Assembly: GCA_049510745.1 (NCBI GenBank)
Contig: JBEKYR010000018.1
Coordinates: forward strand, 1 to 64,000
DNA from: Verrucomicrobiota bacterium
GTDB lineage: Bacteria > Verrucomicrobiota > Verrucomicrobiia > Limisphaerales > Palsa-1400
Length of the DNA stretch: 64,000 nt
Direction of reading: 5' to 3'
In this document: one piece after another, positions 9,633 through 19,745 of the stretch
How the letters are laid out: the number at the start of each line of letters is the position of its first letter
Position numbering within the stretch: the stretch's first letter is position 1
The notes under the pieces: model-generated
What the model saw: only the letters and a program-made list of their open reading frames with translations
Told to the model about the DNA's origin: nothing
Database searches by the model: none
Made by a program: the position numbers and the translations under genes

Positions 9633-10961
9633 TTAATAGGTCGCCCGGATGCCCAAATAGACAAAGTTGCGCGTGTAACCGCGGTCTGCCAGGTCCGAGT
9701 TCAACTTGCTGTAATTATACCCACCCTCCCCCAAAAACCACGGAGTGAAGTGATACGTGGCATTCAATCCGAGGATGAAGAAAGCTTCACCTTTGCCGTT
9801 GTATCCCGGCCCGCCTCCGTTGAAGGTCGAGAATTGGGCCTGTCCCAACAGCGTGGCCATCAACTTGTCTGACACCGCATGATTGACCGACGCATACGCC
9901 GCCGTCGTGTCGCTGTCCAGCACGGGGGTATTGCCCGTCAGACCGACCACGTCCGTCGAACTGTGAGTGTGTTTCACTCCCACTTGGGCCGAGCATCTTG
10001 GCAGGTACTGGTCCGTCAAACTAACGTCCACGTACGGCGACAGTTTCGAGGTGTGGAACTTGTAATAATCCAGGTATTCCGCTCCCACCCTGGCCGAACC
10101 ATTCACATCCGGCGTGAAGCTGTGGTCCGCTCCGACATAGACAAAATCTTCATCGGTGTCGCGGATGTTGCTGTAATCGTATTTCGTCACCGGCGCGGCA
10201 TAAATGATCTTTTCCGGGCTGGTATAACCGACATTCCCGTATTCATACCCCAAAACGCCCGTCGTGTCCGGCAACGCCTTCCATCGCAAATCCACCGTGG
10301 CCAGTTGCTCCATCCGGTCCAACGAGGCCGATCGGCTGGCGTAGCTGTAAGGCGGCGCCTCGTCGCCCCCCAATTGCCGGTAGGCGTAAACGTTATTGGC
10401 GTACCCAAGATGCAGATCGAACAGTTTGGTCAACTCCGCCGTGAAATCCGCCGTGCCGGTATTGTGAATGTTGTTGCCCTCCGTGCGCAACGGCGTCCCC
10501 ACAATCGCCGGATCAATAATCGTCGGCTCCTGCGCGACCACGAACGAGTCGCTGAGCGCCATCTTGTATTTCTCGCTGAACGCGTGCTCGAACCGCCCGT
10601 TCAACTGGTGGGACTGGTCGGTGTGGCTGCCGTTTCCGTAGTACTTGAGATCGTAAATATAACTGGCCGACACCAGCGTGTCCCCGGCGGAATGGTACAT
10701 CGACGCCGAAGGGGTGACCTCCGTGCCGTAACTGGTCAACGGATGCGCGTACCCTTTGAGGGTCCCGTTGGCATTATAAACCGGGTAGGTGCTCGGCAGC
10801 GTCAGGTAGTTGTCGTCATAAAAACCGCGCAGGGATGCCGACAACGACCATGGCTTGGCCAATTCCTGAGACGTTAAACCGGGGGCGTACTGGGCCTGCA
10901 CTGAGGCCGCTCCCACCGCTATCAGTCCGACAGAAGTAATAATTTTTTTCATAAAGCTCAA
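9633..10961 (-). CDS. EPS-associated outer-membrane beta-barrel protein
   Basis: Signal peptide, alternating beta-strand pattern, terminal ...YTRNFVYLGIRATY; located upstream of wzc/wza. Confidence 0.75.
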   Translation of the reverse strand: MSFMKKIITSVGLIAVGAASVQAQYAPGLTSQELAKPWSLSASLRGFYDDNYLTLPSTYPVYNANGTLKGYAHPLTSYGTEVTPSASMYHSAGDTLVSASYIYDLKYYGNGSHTDQSHQLNGRFEHAFSEKYKMALSDSFVVAQEPTIIDPAIVGTPLRTEGNNIHNTGTADFTAELTKLFDLHLGYANNVYAYRQLGGDEAPPYSYASRSASLDRMEQLATVDLRWKALPDTTGVLGYEYGNVGYTSPEKIIYAAPVTKYDYSNIRDTDEDFVYVGADHSFTPDVNGSARVGAEYLDYYKFHTSKLSPYVDVSLTDQYLPRCSAQVGVKHTHSSTDVVGLTGNTPVLDSDTTAAYASVNHAVSDKLMATLLGQAQFSTFNGGGPGYNGKGEAFFILGLNATYHFTPWFLGEGGYNYSKLNSDLADRGYTRNFVYLGIRATY

Positions 10962-11089
10962 TCAATGTAGTCCCCGATGCCGAGGCATCATTTATGCAGT
11001 TCCGTTCAACTGCAACGAGTTCTATAGGCATTTCCAAATTTTGTCAAAAGAAAATTTTGCCTATTTTTCGACCCCCCCACCCCCCCTTT

Positions 11090-12838
11090 TTAAGGGGGCA
11101 TCCGCCACCGCGGCTGGTCGCTCAGAAATATCTGATACGGCAAAAACCCCGCCGGCGCCTTGGTTAAAGGAAAGCCGGGGGGCACCTCCCCATGCGCCTG
11201 GCATTCCATCACAAAATGTCCCCAACTGTTCGTTTTGAGCATCATTTCCGACAGAAATGGCTCGTCCGTCGTCCGCTGAGTCAAAAACACCCCTTTGACC
11301 GGCTTCAACCGGTTGACGTTCAAAAATTCCCGGTCGGCATCCAAAGTCAGCCAGACGCAGGTGCGGTCCCCATACCAGGCCACCGCCCCGGGAATATCGC
11401 TCATCATCCACTCCCCCGGCCGCACCAGCCGCGCCGTGCGCTGAACGTGCAGCGGCGAATAGGGCGAATTGGGCGCCGAACCGCGCCCCAGAAGCAGTGA
11501 CGTCACAAAAGGCACGCTCAGCACCACGATAAAGCCCCCGACGGCCGCCCCGCGCGCGTCCACCGTGCCCAAATTCAACTGATCGAGCAAGATATAAAAA
11601 AGGGCGACGCCATAGACAAAGGCCAGCGGCGCCAGCAGCACCAGCAAATTCTCCGAATTGATCTCGGGCGACTCCGCGCTCAAGTGGGTTTGGCCCAACG
11701 CCTGCACCACAAACAACAAGACCAGCGAAAACACCAAAAACGCCCGCACCCGCCCCAACGCGGCGCTGTGAAAGGGGATGAGCAATCCGACCAGGAAAAA
11801 CGCCGACACCCAATTGCCGCCAAACCGGGGCAATTCGTCCCGCCACATCTCGCGCGCGTTGGACAGAAACTTGTTGGCCACCTCCAGCGGCGACACCCGC
11901 TTCAGATCGGTCTCGGGGTTGAGCGAACGCTCCAACCGATCCCCCTCCAAGGCCGGCGTCCCCTCCGCCAGCGCGTAGCCCGCCACCCCAAAACAGGCCC
12001 CGCTCACCGCGTAATTCCGGGCCAGCCAGGGACTCATCACCACGAGAAACGATGCCACCGACGCCAGGCACAGCCTGGCCCGGACCCGCGGCGCGACCCA
12101 GGCCACAAACAGAACCACCGGCACAATCATCCAGGCGAACGCGTAGCGCGTCAGCCCGCCGATCCCCACCAGCGCCCCCGCCAGCAGGGCCAGCCCCACC
12201 CCTCCGCCGCCGGTGGAGGCCGCCCGTTCCCGCTCCTCGATCCCGACCAGGCACCACACCACCGCCAAAAAAACCACCAGCAACAACACCGTTGATAATC
12301 CCGAAACGCTGAATTTCCAGAACAGGTTCGTCCCGGCGAAGATAATCGCCGCCAGCCACGCCACCCGCGCATCAAACAGCCGCCGCGCTATCCGAAATAG
12401 CAGCACCACCGCCCCAAAGAAAAGCGCCTGATTGAACACCGCGATCCACCGTTCCGGCTGGTAAAACCAATACTGGGTGGCCGTGAACGGGAAGGGCAAA
12501 ACCTTCATCAACCCCGCCAGCAACAGCGGATAGACCGGCGGGTTGTTCAGGTCCGGCGCAGGCAGACGGACCTCCGCGGCCCCCTGCCCCGCCGCGCCGG
12601 CCCGCTGCAACAAATAGACCGACAGCGGACGGATCGACTTCGTGACATAGCCCCTGCCCTCGGACAGGTTGCGGGCCAGTTGCGCCGTCTCCATCGCCTC
12701 TTCATTGGTGAAATTCTGGAAGGCCAGCAGGTCGTAGAGGCAGGCCATGGCGATGAATCCCAGGATGGCCGCGGCCACCCGGAGCATCCGCGCCCCGGCC
12801 CCTTCTTCCCAATGGTGAATCCAATCCTGTAGCGGCAC
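11090..12838 (-). CDS. GT-C fold glycosyltransferase (ArnT/PMT, GT39-like)
   Basis: AQLARNLSEGRGY, PPVYPLLLA and PWLARN motifs; multiple TMs. Confidence 0.75.
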   Translation of the reverse strand: MPLQDWIHHWEEGAGARMLRVAAAILGFIAMACLYDLLAFQNFTNEEAMETAQLARNLSEGRGYVTKSIRPLSVYLLQRAGAAGQGAAEVRLPAPDLNNPPVYPLLLAGLMKVLPFPFTATQYWFYQPERWIAVFNQALFFGAVVLLFRIARRLFDARVAWLAAIIFAGTNLFWKFSVSGLSTVLLLVVFLAVVWCLVGIEERERAASTGGGGVGLALLAGALVGIGGLTRYAFAWMIVPVVLFVAWVAPRVRARLCLASVASFLVVMSPWLARNYAVSGACFGVAGYALAEGTPALEGDRLERSLNPETDLKRVSPLEVANKFLSNAREMWRDELPRFGGNWVSAFFLVGLLIPFHSAALGRVRAFLVFSLVLLFVVQALGQTHLSAESPEINSENLLVLLAPLAFVYGVALFYILLDQLNLGTVDARGAAVGGFIVVLSVPFVTSLLLGRGSAPNSPYSPLHVQRTARLVRPGEWMMSDIPGAVAWYGDRTCVWLTLDADREFLNVNRLKPVKGVFLTQRTTDEPFLSEMMLKTNSWGHFVMECQAHGEVPPGFPLTKAPAGFLPYQIFLSDQPRWRMPP

Positions 12839-14209
12839 TTACACGCCCTCCAATTGGTAAAGGTGCAGCTTCCGGTGCAATGTCCGCCGGCTGATCCCCA
12901 GTTTTTGCGCCGCGACCGTCCGGTTGGCGCCGCTTTCCTTGAGGGCTTTTGCGATCAATTGTTTTTCCGCTTCCGCCACCGTCAAATCTCCCTGCGCCGG
13001 CGCCCCCGCCCGCAGCTTGGCCCCGCGCAACGCCCCCGGCAGGTCCCGCACCCCGATCTTCTCGCCGCGCGAGAGCACCACCGCGTGCTCGACGGCGGTG
13101 CGCAGTTCCCGCACGTTGCCGGGCCAGGCGTAATTCATCAGGGCTTCGAGCGCGTCCGGGGTGAATTCGTTCACATTTCGCTTGTTCTCGTCCGCAAATT
13201 CTTTCAGAAACACCCGCGCCAGCAACGGGATGTCCCCCGTCCGCTCCCGCAGCGGCGGCAGCGTGATCTGCACCACCGCCAGGCGGAAATACAGGTCCTC
13301 CCGGAATTTCCCCGCCTTGATCTGCTCCTCCAGATTCTTGTTCGTCGCCGTCATCAACCGCACATCGGCCGTCAACGTCTTGTTCGAGCCGACCCGCTCG
13401 AAGGTGCGCTCGCCCAGAAAACGCAGCAGTTTTACCTGCAACGTCTGATCGATCTCCCCGATCTCATCCAGAAATAGCGACCCGCCCTGCGCCTGCTCGA
13501 ATCGTCCGATCCGCCTTTCGTGCGCCCCGGTGAACGCCCCCTTCTCGTGCCCGAACAGTTCGCTCTCCAGCAGCGTCGGCGCCAGCGCCGCGCAATGCAC
13601 CGTCACCAGCGGCAATTGGGCGCGCGGACTCAGTTGGTGGATCGCCTTGGCGATCAATTCCTTGCCCGTCCCGCTCTCCCCCAGCAACAGCACCGTCGCC
13701 CGCGTCGGCGCCACCTGCTGCACCACCTCGAACACCTCCCGCATCCCCGGCGATTCCCCGATTATGTTTTCCAGCCCGAATTTGGTCTGCAACTGCTGCC
13801 GCAACGCCGCGTTCTCCGCCTCCAGGTGCCGCCGCCGCAATGCCCGCCCAATCCGCATCTCCAATTCATCGATCTGCAGCCGCCCTTTGGCGATGTAATC
13901 GTCGGCCCCTTGTTTCATCGCTTCGACCGCCAGTTCCTCCGAGCCGTAGGCCGTCATCAAAATGCATACCGGCGGCCGCGCCAGCGATTTGGCCCGCCCG
14001 ATCAGTTTCATCCCGTCCTCCTGCGGCAGCCGGAAATCTGTCAATAATACGTCGAAATTCTGCTCCTCCAGCAGGGTCGTCGCCGCCCGCGCGTCCTCCG
14101 CCGCCCAGACCTCGTAATGGTCCTCCAGCGCCGCCCTCAATCCGTCGCGCGTCGGCTTCTCGTCATCCACGATCAGCAGCGTTGGCTTGTTCTTGCTCTC
14201 GGTGTTCAT
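12839..14209 (-). CDS. sigma54-dependent response regulator (NtrC/AtoC family)
   Basis: Receiver domain, GESGTGKE, GAFTGA, WPGNVREL and Fis-type HTH. Confidence 0.95.
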   Translation of the reverse strand: MNTESKNKPTLLIVDDEKPTRDGLRAALEDHYEVWAAEDARAATTLLEEQNFDVLLTDFRLPQEDGMKLIGRAKSLARPPVCILMTAYGSEELAVEAMKQGADDYIAKGRLQIDELEMRIGRALRRRHLEAENAALRQQLQTKFGLENIIGESPGMREVFEVVQQVAPTRATVLLLGESGTGKELIAKAIHQLSPRAQLPLVTVHCAALAPTLLESELFGHEKGAFTGAHERRIGRFEQAQGGSLFLDEIGEIDQTLQVKLLRFLGERTFERVGSNKTLTADVRLMTATNKNLEEQIKAGKFREDLYFRLAVVQITLPPLRERTGDIPLLARVFLKEFADENKRNVNEFTPDALEALMNYAWPGNVRELRTAVEHAVVLSRGEKIGVRDLPGALRGAKLRAGAPAQGDLTVAEAEKQLIAKALKESGANRTVAAQKLGISRRTLHRKLHLYQLEGV

Positions 14210-15452
14210 TGCCTGTTGTCTCGCTTCTTGCTTCTTCCAGCAGCCGCGGCTGCCGCTCCCGCAACGGCAGCCGGAGCCGGAAGGTCGTCCCCTGCCCCAC
14301 CCGGCTTTCCAACTCGATGTGCCCGCCGTGCTGCCGCACGATCCGCTGCACGATCATCAGCCCCAGGCCCGTCCCTTTCTTCTTCGTCGTGTAAAACGGC
14401 TCGAAAATATGGTTGATCTTGTCCGGCGGTATGCCGCCCCCCGTGTCCCCCACGCTGATCCAGACCGATTCGGCCGTGCTGCCGCTCTCGAGGGTCAGGA
14501 CCCCGTCCCGCGTCATGGCCTGCATGGCGTTCTTGATCAGGTTGACCAGCGCCTGCTTGATCTGCCCGGAATCCATTGGCGCCAGCGGCAGCCGCCGCGC
14601 CAGCTTGTCCTTCACGCTCAGACCCCGGTTTTCCAGCTCGGGCTGGAGCAGGTCCAGCGTCGCCCGCGCCGCGTCGTTGAGCGACCCCGGCGCCAATTGC
14701 GGCGGCGTCGGCCGCAGCGCCTGCAAAAACTGCGTGACGATGTAATCCAGCCGCGTGATCTCCCCCTTGGCCACCTCCAGGTAATGCTCCAGCCGCTGCG
14801 CTATCTCCTCCGTCTCGCCCTCCTCCTTCGCCTCTTTCCGCCCGAATCCCCGTCCCGCCCCCGGCTGCCGCAGTTTGCTGACCTGGCGCGACATCAACTG
14901 CAAATGGATGTGCAGCGCATTGAGCGGGTTGCCGATCTCGTGCGCCACGCTCGCCGCCAGCAGCGTCAGCGAATGGAGCCGCTCGCTCTCGATGGCTTCA
15001 AAGGTCTTTTGCCGCGCCTCCGTCGCGTCGTGCAGAATCAGCGCCATGCCCGAACTCCCCTTGGCCTCCCCCTCCACCGGCGCGGCATACACCCTTAGGA
15101 AACGCGGGCGCGGGTAAGTGATCTCGAACTCGTGCCGGCTCGTCTGCTGCCGCCCGCCCGGACCGGGCGCGCTCAAGCTGGCCCAATCCAGCTCCGGCAG
15201 GTAATCCGTCACCAACCGCCCCTCCGCCTGCTCCGCCGTCCAATTGAGCAACCCGGTCACCGCCTGATTGAAGTAAATGATGCGGCCATGCTCATCGACC
15301 ACCAGCACGCCGTCTTCGATGGCGTTGAAAACCGTCTCCAGGAAACTCCGCTCCCGCGCCAGCCGTTGCACCACCGATTGCAGCCCCTCGGCATCCAGCC
15401 GCGCAATGCGGCCCAGCACCCGATCAAGAAAACTGGATTTCACCGCCGCCAT
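14163..15452 (-). CDS. PAS-domain sensor histidine kinase
   Basis: PAS domain; AHEIGNPL H-box, NLIKNA N-box, DTGGG, FEPF and GTGLGL. Confidence 0.95.
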   Translation of the reverse strand: MAAVKSSFLDRVLGRIARLDAEGLQSVVQRLARERSFLETVFNAIEDGVLVVDEHGRIIYFNQAVTGLLNWTAEQAEGRLVTDYLPELDWASLSAPGPGGRQQTSRHEFEITYPRPRFLRVYAAPVEGEAKGSSGMALILHDATEARQKTFEAIESERLHSLTLLAASVAHEIGNPLNALHIHLQLMSRQVSKLRQPGAGRGFGRKEAKEEGETEEIAQRLEHYLEVAKGEITRLDYIVTQFLQALRPTPPQLAPGSLNDAARATLDLLQPELENRGLSVKDKLARRLPLAPMDSGQIKQALVNLIKNAMQAMTRDGVLTLESGSTAESVWISVGDTGGGIPPDKINHIFEPFYTTKKKGTGLGLMIVQRIVRQHGGHIELESRVGQGTTFRLRLPLRERQPRLLEEARSETTGNEHREQEQANAADRG

Positions 15453-15616
15453 AATACTATTGCATCATCGCCACTCCATCAGCGCCATTTTGGGTCATGG
15501 GTCGTTAGATTGTGGCTGGATTTCACCCGTACCCAATGGCCGACGGGGCATATTAACGGACGCACAAAGGCTTGCAAGCGGCGATTGGAAGGCGTTTGAT
15601 TCGCTTGAAAAACACC

Positions 15617-15931
15617 ATGAAACTTGAAATTAGAACGCAGGATGAAGAATTGGCCGATGCGTTTGAAAGCTCTGCGCCGTTTGGCGTTTCGGTCACGATC
15701 CGGCATCGAAGCCATCGGGGCGCGAAGGTGTCCGACGTGTTTATCGTTTCGTTGGAGTTTATCAAAAGCGCCGCAACCCCATTATTCATCAGTCTGTTTG
15801 CGGCTTGGCTTGGCAAAATAGCCAAGGATAAACCCTGCCAGATAACCCACAGGGGACGTGACGTAAAGCCAGAAGAGGAGTCGATACGACGGCTTATCAA
15901 GGAAGAGTTGGAAATAGGTAAAAACGATTAG
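15617..15931 (+). CDS. Hypothetical passenger protein
   Basis: 104-aa ORF starting MKLEIRTQ inside the cassette. Confidence 0.6.
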   Translation: MKLEIRTQDEELADAFESSAPFGVSVTIRHRSHRGAKVSDVFIVSLEFIKSAATPLFISLFAAWLGKIAKDKPCQITHRGRDVKPEEESIRRLIKEELEIGKND

Positions 15932-15940
15932 TGCCAAGCA

Positions 15941-16207
15941 TTAAAGACCTGATGCTTTTCGTAATTGAGCGGCGTTCTTTCTTGTGCGCTCGTTGACCTT
16001 TTTATCGAACATCTGAATTGCTTCTGCTCTAGCCTCTTTACCAGCAAGCCCTTTGGCTCGCTTCAACTGGATTGCGTAATCGGAAATCACAAAGTCCGCA
16101 ATCCCGTCCACCCTTGCCTGAATTATTGCAAGTTCAAGCAGCACCGTCGTTGCAAACCGCTCTGGTAACGCTAAATCACTCAGTTTCTTTGTGTTCTGAG
16201 AGTTCAT
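15941..16207 (-). CDS. Hypothetical passenger protein
   Basis: 88-aa ORF convergent on the previous ORF without overlap. Confidence 0.55.
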   Translation of the reverse strand: MNSQNTKKLSDLALPERFATTVLLELAIIQARVDGIADFVISDYAIQLKRAKGLAGKEARAEAIQMFDKKVNERTRKNAAQLRKASGL

Positions 16208-16310
16208 ATTTAATCAATTCTGTCTGTATCCATCATTGAAAGCAAGGGCAAATTCGGTTGGGGCAAATTCGGTTGGACTTTCAAAACGACGTGAGGCAAA
16301 ACAAGCCTCT

Positions 16311-16751
16311 ATGGCCGTGAAATGCCCATGCCAAAATTGCAATAATCACCTGGAATTTGACGCTAAAGACACCGGAAAAACGGTGACGTGTCCCGAATGC
16401 GGAATGGAAACCGCGCTTTTCATTCCGATCCAGCCGTCCGCCGCGCTGCCCCTCAAAGCAATTCCCGCCGCCCCAGCGCAAATGTGTGAAAAAGAGAGAA
16501 TAAGAAAGGAAACCGAATACGAAAGGGCGCGAGCGATTATTGACGGAGTGCGCACCCTCTCATACATAGGCACGGTAATTGCCGTCATTATTGCTGTAGT
16601 GGCGATTCTCTGTGATCAAATATGGGCCGGAATCGTTATCGTATGTGGCGCGGTTTCCAGCCTGGTTTTTATCATCCTTGTGAGGGAGGCCCTCCAAGCC
16701 ATTTTCGATATTGCCGATTGCGCCCTAAACCGGCATCGAAATTCAAAGTAG
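16311..16751 (+). CDS. Zinc-ribbon plus 2-TM hypothetical protein
   Basis: CQNC...CPEC followed by two hydrophobic helices. Confidence 0.65.
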   Translation: MAVKCPCQNCNNHLEFDAKDTGKTVTCPECGMETALFIPIQPSAALPLKAIPAAPAQMCEKERIRKETEYERARAIIDGVRTLSYIGTVIAVIIAVVAILCDQIWAGIVIVCGAVSSLVFIILVREALQAIFDIADCALNRHRNSK

Positions 16752-16811
16752 CCTACTACCCACGATTATGTGCCAGCCTCACCATGAAATCTGCAACCCC
16801 GGTTTTTAAGC

Positions 16812-17225
16812 ATGGATGACGAAGCATTATACCGCGCATTCGCCTTCTCGATTCGGAAAACAAACGAGAGAATTCTTGATTTAATCGAGAAACACCCTGA
16901 AATGAAGGCGTATCCGGTCCCGGCAGATTGGCGAGCGACACAAGTTTTATTGCGATCCATTGCCGGAGATTTAATGCTTTGCGCGGACTTGGATAGTGCA
17001 GTGGAAAAAATGAAGGAGGATAAAGCAACGCTGCTAGTATTAGTAGCATTAACATTAGAGGTTTCCGACGATTATAAGATACGGACATTAGAAAGTGCAT
17101 TCGCTGCATCACCAAAACAATCGGATTTTTTACCAGGATTGCCCTACGCCATGTATCTTTTGGAAGTGGCAAAAGGGTCTCCGCCGGTTTGGCGCTCGGA
17201 TTTCCATGATTTTTATTCATCCTAA
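16812..17225 (+). CDS. Hypothetical passenger protein
   Basis: 137-aa ORF ending 12 bp before the right TIR. Confidence 0.55.
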   Translation: MDDEALYRAFAFSIRKTNERILDLIEKHPEMKAYPVPADWRATQVLLRSIAGDLMLCADLDSAVEKMKEDKATLLVLVALTLEVSDDYKIRTLESAFAASPKQSDFLPGLPYAMYLLEVAKGSPPVWRSDFHDFYSS

Positions 17226-17655
17226 AGTATGCCAAGTCAGCCACAATCTAACGACCCATGACCCCATTTTGTCACACCAGCAAGCAGTAAAAAGCAACCC
17301 CACTCCTTCCGCAATCATTATCATGCGTTCTGCCAGAAGGTCTTTCGGTCTTCAAACATTGGAGACCGCGCGCCGCACGCGGGACGCGCTCACCCTTGGA
17401 TTTCAGCCAGATCAAACTCCAACCCTGTCAAAACAACGGAATGGAGCCTGCCCTTCCCCTCCGCCGCGCAATGGAGTTCGTACCGGCCATCTTTGAGCGT
17501 GAGAATTTCCAGCAATTCATTTTGGGTTGCGGCTTACCGCGCTGCGCCCTCTCGTGGCAATTCCGCCCCCCTTTTGCCCAACTCACTCATTCACTGATTC
17601 ACTGACTCGCTCATTCTCCTCCAATTCACTGATTCACTCATTCTTAAATTCGCTT

Positions 17656-18162
17656 TTTTTCCTTCCGTAGGTTTTTCGTCTTGATAGACCTGTGCTGAAA
17701 TCGAGCCAGCATGAATGAGACATGCAACAGGCAAAGTGCTCAGTGCGGCCCGCTCAACACCGGACCGTGGCTCGCAGACCTCTCCCATCGCATCTGCCAT
17801 TCGTCGCCTTGGTCCCTTTGGTCCCTTTGGTCCCATTGTCTCACCAATCAAGCCAGTCAAACCTTGGACGTTCGCCCTCGTATGCAACATTTGCCGTCAT
17901 TTGCAGGCGACAGACTTGGCGCAAAAACTCAATCCTGCACCGCTTCAAGCGCAGACGCCATCCACCGCCAGCACCGGGAACTACCCCAAGAAGCGGCAAA
18001 AAATGCCGGATTCAACCCGGAAAACGAATCGAAAAACCCGGACAAATCCGGAAATTTCCGGCCAAATCCGGGTAAATCCGGCCAAATCGGGCCAAAAAAT
18101 GAAAATCCAAAAAATACCCGGAGCCGGCGACGGCGACCGATGACGAAAAACCTCACAAGTGC
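17656..18162 (+). repeat. ~500-bp dispersed repeat, copy 1
   Basis: Colinear with 33820-34316, from TTTTTCCTTCCGTAGG to ACCTCACAAGTGC. Confidence 0.9.
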
Positions 18163-18329
18163 AAAAGGAAATGGGTCTTCATCCTTCTTCCTTCATCCTT
18201 CTTCCTTGTCCACACAAGGTTGGCCCTCCAGCCGCGCTGACCGGTGTCCAATTATTGAGATGCGCCCAATCCCAATCCCATCGCATTGCAGGATTGAATT
18301 TCTCCCCCCGCAAGGATACCAATGCCCCG

Positions 18330-19745
18330 GTGCCTTTGAAATTGTTCAACACTCTGTCGCGCTCGACGCAGGATTTTGTCCCGCTGGACCCGGCCGGCAG
18401 GCGCGTCGGCCTCTATTGCTGCGGGCCGACGGTGCATGATTTCGCCCATATCGGCAATTTCCGCACCTTTGTCTTCGCTGACCTGGTCCGGCGCTATCTC
18501 CAATTCAAGGGCTTTGACGTCCGCCACGTCATGAACATCACCGATGTCGAAGACAAGATCATCAAGCGCGTCAACGAGAGCCACACGCCGTTGCGGGAGA
18601 ATACGGCCAAATACGAAGCGGCGTTTTTCGAGGATTTCGACACGCTCGGCTGCCTGCGCCCGCACGAAACGCCGCGCGCCACCGAACACATGGCGGACAT
18701 CATCGCGCTCATTCAAAGGCTGGTTGACCGCGGCATCGCCTATCGCGCCGCGGATGGGTCGGTTTATTTCAGCATCGAGAAATACCAGGCCGGCGGCGGA
18801 CGCTACGGCCAGTTGCTCAACCTGAACTTCGATCAGATGCGCCCCGGCCAGCGGGTGGCCAGCGACGACTACGCCAAGGACGCGGTGGCCGACTTCGCCC
18901 TGTGGAAGGCGCGCGCGCCGGCGGACGGCGCCGTCTTCTGGCCCAGCCCGTGGGGCGAGGGCCGGCCCGGCTGGCACATCGAGTGCAGCGCCATGAGCAT
19001 GAACCTGCTCGGGCCGAGCTTTGACCTCCATCTCGGCGGCGAGGATTTGATTTTCCCGCATCACGAGGACGAAATCGCGCAAAGCCAGGGGGCGGGCCTG
19101 CAAACGGAGGGGCGGCCTTTCGTCAAGTATTGGTTGCACGGCGCCCACCTGCTGGTCGAAGGCAAAAAAATGAGCAAAAGCCTCGGCAACTATTTCACCC
19201 TGCGCGATCTGTTGGTCAAAGGTTTCACCGGCCGGGAAATCCGCTATTTGCTCCTCACGGCCCATTACCGGCTGCCCTTCAACTTCACCCTCGACGGTCT
19301 GCGGGCGGCGCGCGAGGCGCTGGCGCGTTTGGACGAATGCCTGGCCAAATTGCGCGAAACAGCCAGGGGCGCAACGGCGGCGCCGGACGAAAACCTCATC
19401 GGCCAGTTTACCGCCGCGATGGACGATGACTTGAACATTTCCGCCGCCTGGGGCGCGATCTTTGAATGGGTGCGCGAGAACAACCGTTTGCTGGCCGCCG
19501 GCCAGGTTACCGCCCCCAAGGCTGCGGCGGCCCTGGCGGCGTGGGATAAAATTGACGTTGTTTTGGGACTGAAGCGAGCGGACGAGTCGGCGGCGCCCGC
19601 GCCCTTGCAGGCCCTGCTGGAGCAGCGCCAGGCCGCCCGCAAAGCGAAGGACTTCAAGCGCGCCGACGCCATCCGCGACGAACTCAAGCGCAAAGGCTGG
19701 ACGATTGAAGACACGCCCAAGGGCGCCCGATTAAAACCCTTATGA
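18330..19745 (+). CDS. cysS: Cysteine--tRNA ligase
   Basis: CGPTV, HIGN, GRPGWHIECSAM, HHEDE and KMSKS. Confidence 0.98.
   Translation: MPLKLFNTLSRSTQDFVPLDPAGRRVGLYCCGPTVHDFAHIGNFRTFVFADLVRRYLQFKGFDVRHVMNITDVEDKIIKRVNESHTPLRENTAKYEAAFFEDFDTLGCLRPHETPRATEHMADIIALIQRLVDRGIAYRAADGSVYFSIEKYQAGGGRYGQLLNLNFDQMRPGQRVASDDYAKDAVADFALWKARAPADGAVFWPSPWGEGRPGWHIECSAMSMNLLGPSFDLHLGGEDLIFPHHEDEIAQSQGAGLQTEGRPFVKYWLHGAHLLVEGKKMSKSLGNYFTLRDLLVKGFTGREIRYLLLTAHYRLPFNFTLDGLRAAREALARLDECLAKLRETARGATAAPDENLIGQFTAAMDDDLNISAAWGAIFEWVRENNRLLAAGQVTAPKAAAALAAWDKIDVVLGLKRADESAAPAPLQALLEQRQAARKAKDFKRADAIRDELKRKGWTIEDTPKGARLKPL

Larger units (their letters stand above)
15492..17264. mobile_element. Non-autonomous transposable cassette with 27-bp TIRs and passenger genes
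   Basis: GGGTCATGGGTCGTTAGATTGTGGCTG (15492-15518) and its exact reverse complement (17238-17264); CATTTT directly on both outer flanks; lower-GC interior; no transposase seen. Confidence 0.85.

Noticed and set aside
7445..9748. Long antisense ORFs (also 4519-6414, 42649-44142, 51860-53821)
   Set aside because: Shadow frames of well-supported genes in GC-rich DNA, with no recognisable motifs.
15492..17264. attC site or invertible segment (GTTAGAT/ATCTAAC cores)
   Set aside because: The cores are 1.7 kb apart and in the wrong order for attC; the flanking target duplication favours transposition; no invertase nearby.
17656..18329. T-box or other cysS leader
   Set aside because: No T-box consensus seen, and a second copy lies away from any synthetase gene.
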